DNA of 64,000 bases from the human T2T-CHM13v2.0 reference genome, Homo sapiens, in the NCBI RefSeq assembly GCF_009914755.1, contig NC_060932.1; one strand, written 5' to 3'. Positions 53,490 through 64,000 of this stretch are shown here, one piece after another. Within the stretch, counting starts at the first letter, position 1; the number at the start of each line of letters is the position of its first letter. A program made the translations under genes and the position numbers. The notes under the pieces were generated by a model. That model did no database searches. It had not been told where the DNA came from and was given only the letters and a program-made list of their open reading frames with translations.

Positions 53490-55420
53490 CTATTCAGAGA
53501 GTTTTTCCAGGAGAGGCAGTCCATAGAAAAAGAGAGCTGATAAGCTGTCCCAAAAGTAACTGAGGTTATTTGAAACAGATTGCGGGAAGTCAGGTCCTAA
53601 GGGTGCTCTCAAAAAGAATAAAACATCTTAATTAATTAGAAGTTAAACTACAAATTAAAGTAGTTCACCAGGAAGAACCAGGAAAAGAGATAATTAAAGA
53701 GAGTCTTTCTGGGGTCAGAACCAACTACAAAAACTGGATTCAAAAATTATCCCTAACCAAATTTAATTGGATCAGACTCATGAGCAATGTATCTCAAAAG
53801 CACTGTGAAAAACAATACAATAATGCATTCGCAGTAAGTGAAGCTTCATAGACTTCGTGTAATATCAAAAGATCCAGACAGGGTAACAGAAAAATCAAGG
53901 AAGGAAAGTCAAAAAGATCCCTGCTAAAACCTCCGTCGTCGAGGATAATGGCACACATTCAAGTCTATGCCCTCCAAGGAATGATTTTAAAGGCTTCACT
54001 GCTTACTAAATAGACTCTACTAATATAACCTAGTCTATTTGTAAAACAAATAAAGAGTCAAACTAGAACAACAGCAATAGCATTAAAGAGTGGAGAAGGA
54101 AAGTAATATCTACAGTTGATATATTAGCTAATATATCTAGTTTTCAACAAATTATGAAACATGCGAAGAAAGGGGAACAAGTGTTCCACACAGGAAAATA
54201 TTGTATATCAGCCAACAGAAATTGCCTGAGAGTAGACCCAGATGTCAGGTTTAACAAAGACTTCTATGTAGTCATTATAAATATGTCCAAAGTACTAAAG
54301 GAAACTATGATTAACTAAGTAAAGTATGATGAAAATGTCACATCAAATACAGAATATCACTACAGATATAGCAGATATAGAGATTCTAAACAAAAGAATA
54401 AAATAAAAAATCTGAAGTATAAAATTACAATAAGTTAAATGAAAAATTAAGTAGAAACCTTATTAGTAAATTTGAAATGGCAGAAGAATGCATTAGAAAG
54501 CTTTAAGATGTATCAATAAAGATTATATAATCTGAAGGATACAAAGGGAAAACAAAAAAGAAGTCTCAGAGATATGTGGAACAATTTTAATTTCACCAAC
54601 ATATTCATAACGAGAATATCAGAAAGAGAGGAGATGGAGAAAATGGAAGAAAAAATATAAAAAAGGTTAGAAAAAATCTGAAAAACAATATGCATAGCTA
54701 TGAAGTTCAATATAGTGCACATCAGTGCAATGCAAAGTGGTTCAAACCCAGGCACATGCTAGATAAAAGGATGAAAATCAAAGTCCAAGAAAATCTTGAG
54801 GCAACAAGGAAAAGATTCTTACTTTATGAGGGATTCTTCAGTAAGATTAACAGCTGACACCTCATAAGAATGAAAGGAGAGTAAAAACCATTTACATGAC
54901 ATATTGAAAATGCTGAAAGAAAAGAACAGTCTTTCAAGAATCTGATGTATAACAAAACTCTCTTTCTAAAATAAAGGCCAAATAAAGACATTCCAAGATA
55001 AAAACTGAAAGAATTTTCTGCTAGCAGTCCCACTTTTATAAGAAATATTCAAGGAAGTATTTTTAAGGTGAAAGCAAGTAAACTCAGAGGAAAATTCAAA
55101 TCCAACTACCACAACAAATGTCCACAAGCTGGCCAGACATGGTGGCTGACACCTGTAATCTCAGCACATTGAGAGGCCAAGATAGAAGAATCCTTTGAGC
55201 CCAGGAGTCTGAGACCAGCCTGGGCAACATAGGGCAACCCCATCTCTATTCAAAAAAAATAAAAATAAAAAAATAGTAAAAAAGAGCACCAAGAAAGGTA
55301 ATTATGTAATTATAATAAATGGTATAAATGCATATCTTTCTTTTCTCTTTCTGTAACTGATTTAAAAATGAATTGTAGAAAACAATATGTATATAATTGT
55401 ATTGTTGGGCCTATAAGAAA
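53490..55420 (+). mobile_element. Old L1M 5'/ORF1-region fragment, interrupted by FLAM
   Basis: A-rich ORF1-like sequence (gtcattataaatatgtccaaag; gattaacagctgac; aaataaagacattcc; gaattttctgctagcag); 5' boundary uncertain. Confidence 0.6.
55131..55282 (+). mobile_element. FLAM_C
   Basis: ggccagacatggtggctgacacctgtaatctcagcac...tttgagcccaggagtctgagaccagcctgggcaacatag plus A-rich tail. Confidence 0.88.
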
Positions 55421-55422
55421 CA

Positions 55423-56160
55423 CACTAGTTCCCACTTATCCATGGGAGATATATTCCAAGACCCCTAGTGGAGTCTGGAAACCAGGGATAGTACCAAACC
55501 CGAGGGCCATTAGTGAAAACATTTCTGTCCATGCCTTTCACCCACAAATTTAATAATGCCTTTTCTATCTCAGTTAAGCACGTGTCACGGACTGTAGCCA
55601 TAGCTTTTGCAGGTTGAGGTGTGACAACCAAACTAGGACAAGTTTCTTTTTTTTTCTTCACAATTTCACTCAAAGATTTGTTGGTTTTTTTTTTAACTGT
55701 AGATCTTAGCAACCTCAGCATACATTTTTTTTTCTTAATTAAGGTTGAGAATTTTTACCTTTTCACTTATAGAAGGCACATGATGTCTTCTCTTTGGCAT
55801 ATCTACATTGCCAGCATAACTACTTTTGTTCCTTCAGGACATTATTAAATAAAATAAGGGTTTCTTGAACACAAGCACTGCAATACAATGACAGTTGATC
55901 TGATAACCATGATGGCTACTAAGTGACTAACAGGCAAGTAGCATCTACAGTGTAGATATGCTGGACAAAAAGATGATTCCACCCCAGGTGGGATGGAGCA
56001 TAACCGTGCAAGATCTTATCACAGTGCTCAGAATGGCATGCAATTTAAAACTTACAAATTGTTTATTTCTGGAATTTTCTATTTAACATTTTTGAATCAC
56101 AATTGACTGCAAGTAACAGAAATCACAGAAAGCGAAACCACAAATGGGATGGCTTTACTG
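55423..56160 (-). mobile_element. MER44 (Tigger7-family MITE), apparently full length
   Basis: cactagttcccacttatcc...ttccaagacccc; caatttaaaacttacaaattgtttatttctggaatttt...tactg followed by TA. Confidence 0.88.
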
Positions 56161-56756
56161 TACAAAAGAACCTTAAATTGTAATTAATAAGATAATATAA
56201 AAACTATATAAGTATCACTAGTTTTGTTTTTCTTGCAGCTCAATATACATAAAATTTAATAAAGTAATAGTAATAACATTGCATTTTTTAGTTGATAAAT
56301 AAAACAACTATTTTCAAATTATTTTTGAATAATGGTTTTATATCAGTATTCAATCCAAGATGGAATTTATCACCTATTGTTAAATTAACAGAAGATCGAT
56401 ATAAAGAATGATTGATAGCCCAGAAACAGACTTTGTTCATACTCTGAAATACATTGTGACATGTAATAATAGAATAAATAAAAGTAGTAAGAAAGAAAGT
56501 ACTTATTGAATAAATGTATTTGGTAAGTTGATCAACTGGAAAAAAACAAATAAATCATTTTTACACTACCAATGAATTAAAATAAGATCAATATGTAAAA
56601 AAAATACATTATCACCTCTTTTTGTATTTATTGCTCAAAGTGTGAGTAATAGTAGGTCCCTATTTAAAACTATATGAAAGCATAGCAAACAATTGTGGAT
56701 CAATGGAAAATGAGCAATGATAGCTTAATTAAAATGATCATTCACACCACTGTCAC

Positions 56757-56913
56757 TTTTTTTATTTTGAGAAAAGATCTCACTGCCACCCAGGCTGGAG
56801 TGCAGTGGCACAATCATGGCTCACTACACTCTCAACCTTCTGGGCTCAAGTGATCCTCCTGCTTCACCCCCAACCCTAACCCCACTACAGGTGCACACAA
56901 CCATGCCCAGCTG
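56757..56913 (-). mobile_element. FRAM/AluJ right-arm fragment
   Basis: cacccaggctggagtgcagtggcacaatcatggctcact...ctgggctcaagtgatcctcctg. Confidence 0.85.
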
Positions 56914-57489
56914 GTATAGAGAGTTAATGTGTAAAAGATCATTATGTTTAATAAGTGATTGATGCATATCCTCAGATTACATGTTTCTAAACTTATATTT
57001 TTCAATTGTGTGAGGCTGTCTTTTTATATGTCGAATATCAATTCAAAACTTTTTTTGTTCATGCCATCATTTTCAACTGCTTTACTCTGCAAATGATTCA
57101 GAATCTATGCTATTCAGAATTAAATGCATTTTAGATTATTGAACACCTGCATATTATAAATAAAAATGAAAGACTCAATCTTTGCAAAGTTTAGATAACA
57201 TTTATAAAATAATAAATATGCATCTTCTTGAACCTATTCCTTAAGAGAGATTCAGGCTTTAAGTTCCTGGATTTGCATTAAAAAAGGAGAAAAATAATTT
57301 TTATAATTATTTCTATACAATTACATTACATGTTTGAAGGATGGCTTGAGCCATATGTGTCAAAATTTTCCTTAATTTTTTTTGCATAAATTTGAGTAGA
57401 CTATAATCTCTCCTTAATCTGATACTTCTTATTTTCATTTTAATAAGATAAACATTCTTTTGGTTACTTTTCTTACTGCTTTATTTATC

Positions 57490-57944
57490 TATAATAATAA
57501 TGCTACACACTGACTAATAAAATCTTAACCATATAAAAATATTTATTGTTACTTATGAACATGTGAGTCCTTTGATCTTAGCTGGGCATGGTTGATCCCA
57601 GCTGATCACAAATGTCTGTAGCCTTAGTTGGGACTAGTGTTCTAATTTGTTTCTGCTCCATAGGGTCTCTTATGGCAGTAGCTTTTTCTTGTCATTGAGG
57701 CAAAAGTCCAAGAGCAATCATGCAAAGTGTGCAAAGACCATGGAGTGCTACATTTGGAATTGGTGCACTGTCACATCTGCTGCCTTCTCTTGGCCAAGGC
57801 AAGTCATAAGACTATTCACAATTTAAGAAGCCATAAAATAAACTTCAACTCTTGATAGGAGTTGTTGCAAAGTCATATTGCAAAGGTTGTGAATACAGGA
57901 AGAACACGTAGAAATGGATCCATTTCTTTAATCATTTTGCTACA
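57490..57944 (-). mobile_element. Old MLT1 (MLT1G/H-like) LTR
   Basis: aattggtgcactgtcacatctgc...ttggccaaggcaagtca...gcaaagtcatattgcaaagg. Confidence 0.65.
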
Positions 57945-58136
57945 CTTCACCTGTGGAACTATGGTAACATAGATACTTCAGTATTTTTTTCTCAGAATTA
58001 TAATTTTATCTATCAATACTAATTTTAAAATTATTAAAGAAAATTTCATTTTGTCTATTATTGTTGTTTGTTTTGTGTTTGCTGGATATGAGATATACAA
58101 TACAAACTGTAAAACTGGATCAAATCTCTACCTTTG

Positions 58137-60168
58137 CATACCTTATGTCACCACTCCTATTCAACATAGTATTTGAAGTTCTGGCCAGGGCATTCAGGCA
58201 ACAGAAAGAAAGAAAGGGCATTCAAATAGGAAAAGAGGAATTTAAATGGTCTTTGTTTGCAGATGACATGCTCCTGTATCTAGAAAACCCCATCATCTCA
58301 GCCCCAAAACTTCTTAAGCTAATAACTTCAGCAAAGTCTCAGGATACAAAGTCAATGTGCAAAAATTATAGGCATTCCTATACACCAACAGCAGACAAGC
58401 AGAGAGCCAAATCATGAATGAACTCCTATTCATAATTGCTACATAGAGAATAAAATACCTAGGAATATATCTAACAAGGGAAGTGAAGGACCTTTGCAAA
58501 AAGAACTATAAGCCATTGCTCAAAGAAATCAGAGAGAACACAAACAAATTGAAAAACATTCTATCCTCATGGATAGGAAGAACCAATATCATGAAAATTG
58601 CCATACTGCCAGAGTAATTTATAGATTCAATGCTATTCCCAATAACTACCATTGAAATTCTTGAAAGAATAGGAATCAACTATTTAAAAATTCATATGGA
58701 ACCAAAAAAGAGCCCATATAGCAAGACAATCCTAACCAAAAAGAACAAAGCTGGAGGCATCACACTACCAAACTTCAGACTATACTACAAGGCTACAGTA
58801 ACTGAAACAGCATGGTACTAGCACAAAAACAGAAACATAGACCAATGAAACACAGTAGAGAACTCAGAAATAAAACTGCACATCTACAACAGCCTGAAGT
58901 TCAACAAGCCTGACAAAAACAAGCAATGGAGAAAGGATTCCTTACTTAATAAATGATGCTGGGAGAACTGGCTAGCCACATGCAGAAAATTGACACCGGA
59001 CCCCTTCCTTACACAAGATGGATTAAAGACTTAAATGTAGAAACCAAAACTATAAGAACACTAGAAGAAAATCTAGGCAATACCATTCAGGTAATAGGCA
59101 TGGGCAAAGATTTTATAATGAAATCGCCAAAAGCAATTACGACAAAAGCAAAAATTGACAAAAGGGATCTAACTAAACTGAAGAGCTTCTGCACAGCAAA
59201 AGGAACTATCATCAGAGTGAACAGACAACCTACAGAATGGGAGAATATTTTTGTAATTTATCAATCTGATAAAGGTCTAATACCCAGAGTCTACAAGAAA
59301 CATAAAAAAACTTACAAGCAAAAAACAACCCCATTAAAAAGTGGGCCAAGGAAATGAAGAAGACATTTCTCAAAAGAAGACATTTATGTGGCCAAAAAAC
59401 ATATGAAAACAAGCCAATATCACTGATCATTAGAGAAATGCAAATCAAAACCACAATGAGATACCCCAGTCAGAATGGTGATTATTAAAGAGCCAAGAAA
59501 CAACAGATTCTGGCAAGGCTGCCATGAGATAGGAATGCTTTTACACTGTTGGTGGGAATGGAAATTAGTTCAACCACTGTGGAAGACAGTGTGGCAATTC
59601 CTCAAAGACCTATAACCAGAAATGCCATTCGACCCAGAAATCTCATTACTGTGTATATGCCCAAAGGAATATAAATCACTCTATTATAAAGAAACATGTA
59701 CATGTATGTTCATTGCAGCACTATTCACAATGCCAAAGACATGGAATCAACCAAAATGCCCTCCAATAATAGACTGGATAAAGACACAGTGGTACATATA
59801 CATCATGGAATACTATGCAGCCGTAAAAAGAAATAGGATCATGTCCTTTGCAGGGACATAAATGGAGCTGGAAGCCATTATCCTCAGCAAACTAATGCAG
59901 GAACAGAAAATCAAACACCACATGTTCTCATTCATAAATGGGAGATGAACAATGAGAACACATGGATACAGGGAGGGGAACAACACACACTAGGGCCTGT
60001 TGGGGTGGAGGGAATGTGAAGGGAGAGCATCAGGAAAAATGCATGCTTGGGTTAATACTTAGGTAATGGGTTGATAGGTGTGGCAAACCACCATGGCACA
60101 TGTTTATCTATGCAACAAGCCTGCACATCCTGCACATGTATCCCAGAAGAAAATAAAATAAAATGAAA
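58137..60168 (+). mobile_element. L1PA10-13-like 5'-truncated L1 (disrupted RT region to 3' end)
   Basis: ORF 58061-58417 contains [15 protein letters not shown] and the RT motif LFADDM; ORF2 broken into several frames; 3' end gcaaaccaccatggcacatg...cctgcacatgtatcccagaa plus A-rich tail. Confidence 0.93.
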
Positions 60169-62389
60169 ATCTTGGCCTTTGGAACTTAAAATATGTGACG
60201 TAAAAAACAAATAATTAAAAATTAGCAGAGCAATACACTAGAGAGTAAAAGAAAGAAAGATGAAACAGGCAGCACATTCTTACCGGCTTCTCTCTTTTTT
60301 GAGGGTAGACAGGCATTTTGTTTAAGACAACAATCAAAGGAGAGTGTTGTTTATCTTTGGGGAGTTAAAATTATTTTTAAAAATAACATATTTAGAAAAG
60401 TGCTTATAGTAGAAAGGAGTAAGTACATTTTAAAGGGAAGTGTATAAAATAGAAGGAAGAAGTAGCAATGTATGATCAGAGACAAAAACTAAAACAAAGT
60501 TCTACAACCCTGCGTTTGAACTCTAGTGTTTTTGTGTGCTAACAATTTCAACTACACAAAAATTTAAAATGCCTGACTCTTCAAGCCAATCAGAATTCAA
60601 TTTCTGAGTAAGAGCACAATAATCAATTTGTTCTATTGTATCAGCATAGATCAGCCAACATGGAATATTCCTCCAGATAAGCATTTTGTGTAAAAAAGGA
60701 AATCAATATAATATGATTTTTCCATCCTATAAATTTTTCCAATATGAAAACAAATATATCAACTTCAATTTTGCCTTGTTTTTACCTCAAGTTTTCTCTG
60801 GCAACAGGAAGAGATTTTCTTACAACATAAACAACTGGCAATCTTTCTCTTTAATTTTTCACTGCCATGTCAGAAGTTCATAAATAAAATATTTCTTGAA
60901 GTAGATGAATTCATTACAAATAAACAGAGCCGGGAACCGAAATATAACGCAATTTCTAAAGAAATGAGCTGCTTCTATAAATCAGGAAATGATTTAATAT
61001 TTTCTTAACTCATTTTGGAAACATTCTTTAGAGGAAGGCAATAATAAAGGAATCTTCATTTTGGGTCACTGTCATTAATATCTTTTGTCAGCATAGATTC
61101 CTTTCAACTAAAACTACTAGAGTGCCAAAATTTTTTCAACTTTTTATGCTACCAGAATTAATCTTTATGAGTGATTACAAGGTAAGATTATAGTTTTTGT
61201 AACTTTTGTTCATACACATTCCTTTTGGAGGATTAAATATTTTGTGGCACAAAACTTTAATAAATAAGAAAATGTAGTGCATATTTTAACAAGATTAAAT
61301 AGCTGTACTTTATGCACAGCTTGTCTTTAAAACTAAATAACATTTATTAACCATTCTTTGAGAGTAGCCCAATTATTAAAGAGTATCCCCAAACTTGCTA
61401 TGGTCCTTAAATTTAGATTTGCTAACAATTTAATATTCATTTTCAGAAAGAATTGAACTTCTGTTGCTTATGTTCTAAGCTTTTCCTTTATTTAAGGCTG
61501 TTCTTCAATTAACTTCAATTCATTAAAAGGTTTTAAACTATATATTTGTGTTTCCCAAAGAATAGCTTATTGTTAAAACCTATGTATTATTCATATGTGA
61601 AAATAAGTGAACAACTATTAACATTGGTAAATTAACATATAATCAAGTGAGATGAAGTCAATATTAATGAAAATATTTTTACACTAAGCATAAATACAAT
61701 TTCTATCATTTTAATTATGTTATATTGTACACATTTCATTATTTATAGATCATAATTGTATTTCTGAATCTGAAAAGGATGGATAAAAATAATAGTGACC
61801 ATTATTAAATCAGATATTTTCAAATAATTATCTTTAAATAAAATGATGATTTAGTAGCATATAATATGAGTTTCTAATTTCTTAACCTATTAGGAAGGTT
61901 AAGGAATAATTAAATGCATACATTATGTTTATGTAGTCATTAATTTGCTCTTTGTTCTGATTTAGATTTTTTGGTGAAAGTTGTTAGTTATTTCGATTGA
62001 TTGTATATCTTAAATATCCTAGATGCAAGAAGAAACTGCTCCAATTTTCAAAATTGGATTTGATTCCTTTTAATGGGTCAATGTCACATAGTAAATATGA
62101 GTGTCAGCATTTGAAGTCAGACTTATTAGCATAGGTATCTTTAAATACTCTGGGGACTGTACAGACTTCCTTCTGATTCTATAGAATCTTTTAATTTTTC
62201 TTCCTGCATCTCAGAAAAATGGAGGACAGTAATAAATTAGAAAACAAAAGAGAATCCTTACTGTTCTGTTGGCTAGCTCTGTCCTTTGGAGCAAATATCT
62301 GACATGTCAAATGTGCTTATAGTCTTTAGAGTAGTCTTTGAGGGTCAACATTTCATTCATCTCCTTTGGCGATTCCTTTGTTGTTGATT

Positions 62390-64000
62390 CCCAGCTTTAT
62401 TGCCGTCTAATTAACAAATAAATACTGTATATATTCAAGGTGTTTAATGCAATGATTTTCTATACATTGCGAAATGATTATGCAAATCAAGCTAATTAGC
62501 ACATCATCTAACTCACGTAATTACTGTTTGTGTATATGTGGTAAAAACATTTAAAATCTACTTTCTTAGCAAATTTCAAGTATGTAATACAGTATTCCTA
62601 ACTACAGTCACCATACTGTACTTTAGAAACCCAAGATTTATTAATCTTGTAAGTGAAAGTTTGTATCCTTTGACTAGCATCTCCCTATTCTAGATCATAA
62701 ATAATTTGTGTTTCTGTGCCTGGATTATTTTACCTAAACTGATGTCTTTCTGGTTCACCCATCTTGTTGTAAATGGCAATATTTCTTTCTTTTTTATGAC
62801 TAAATAATATTTTATTATATATGTGTGTATATGTGTATAATTTTGTTTATTTATAGACATGCAGGTTGTTTCTATATCTGGTTATTGTGAATAATTCTGC
62901 AATAAACAGAAATGCTGATACCCTTCAATATTCTAATTTTATTTTCTTTGGATATACACCCAGAAGTGGAATTGCTGGATTGCATAATACAGTAGTTTTG
63001 TTTTTAATTATTGGAGGAACCACCATACTGTTTTCCATAATGGATTTATCAACTTACATTTCTATCAATTGTGTCCAAATATTCCCTTTTCTCTACAACC
63101 TCACTAGCACTTATTATCTCTGCGCTTTTTGGTAATAGCCATTCTGTCAGGTGTGAGATGATACCTTATTGTGGTTTGGATTTACATTTCACTGATAAGT
63201 AGTGATGAGTACCTTTGCATATATCTGATGTCCATTAATATGCTTTTTTTTAAGCCTGCTTATATCCTTTGCTCATTTTTAAAATTGGGCTATGTGGGGT
63301 TTTTTTGTTTTATTTTTTGCTATTGAGTTGTATGAATTTCTTACATATGTTGGATATTAACTTCTTAACAGATACATGGTTTGCAAACATTTTCTCCCAT
63401 TTTGTAGGTTGCATTTTCATTTTATTTCATTTGCCATGCAGAAACGTTTTAGTTTGATGTGGTGCCGCTTGTTTATAATTGCTTTCATTGTTTGTGATTT
63501 TGGTGTCATATCCAAACAAATTATTGCCATGGCCAAAGACAAGGAGATTTTTCACTATGTTTACCTTTAGGAATTTAAGTTTCTCTTAAGCCTTTAATTC
63601 AGTTAGAGTTAATTTTTGTAAGTAGAGTAAAATAGGGGCCCCATTCCATATTTTTGCATATGGATATTTAGTTTTCTTATTACCATTTATTGAAGAGACT
63701 ATTCTTTCTCAAGTGTCTATTCTTGGCACTCTTCTCAAAGATTAGTTGACTGCAATACGCATGAGTTTATTTCTAGAATCTCTATTTTGTTCCATTGGTC
63801 TATGTTTATGTGACTATTCCATTCCAGTACTATACTTTTTTGATTACTATTGCTTTGTAACATACTTTGAAATCAATAAGTATGACATCTCCAGCTTTGT
63901 TCTTTTTACTTAAGAATATTTTGGCTATTTAGAGCCCTTTGTGATTTTGTATACATTTTAGAATTTTTTCTGTTTTTCTGAAAAACGCCGTAAGAATTTT
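62390..64000 (-). mobile_element. L1MA8/9-like 3' portion running off the window
   Basis: cagctttattg...aatcaagctaattagcacatc...ctttcttagcaaatttcaagta; ggatatacacccagaagtggaattgctggat; ctccagctttgttcttttt. Confidence 0.88.

Noticed and set aside
56866-56884. Telomere-like cccccaaccctaacccc
   Set aside because: A single CCCTAA unit inside a degraded Alu arm; too short to call an interstitial telomeric repeat
58061-59861. Reverse transcriptase gene (LFADDM motif)
   Set aside because: Frameshifted, 5'-truncated L1 ORF2 remnant; not an active or novel RT system

Overview
AT-rich primate genomic DNA, most likely human or another ape given AluY, AluS and MER11 elements. It looks intergenic or deep-intronic. 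I find no credible protein-coding exon, RNA gene or CRISPR array; the ORFs I can place derive from Alu, L1, LTR or simple-repeat sequence and the rest look like short chance ORFs. The window is a layered fossil record of transposable elements: Alu/FLAM, MIR, L2, L1PA and L1M fragments, solo LTRs (MLT1, MLT2A, MER52, MER11) and DNA transposons (Tigger2/3, MER44, MER82, Cheshire, Charlie-like, piggyBac MER75), often nested and often with readable target-site duplications (TSDs). I cannot support a new biological system here. The most interesting signals are structural: two 'direct repeats plus snap-back hairpin' scars resembling templated-insertion repair (18.5 kb, 36.6 kb); a 5'-intact, 3'-truncated L1 inserted at a near-homologous position of an older L1; pentanucleotide repeats carrying motifs known from expansion diseases; a ~157-bp duplication bracketing an AT-rich minisatellite; and several near-perfect short tandem duplications. 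Subfamily names come from remembered consensus sequences and need RepeatMasker/Dfam confirmation.
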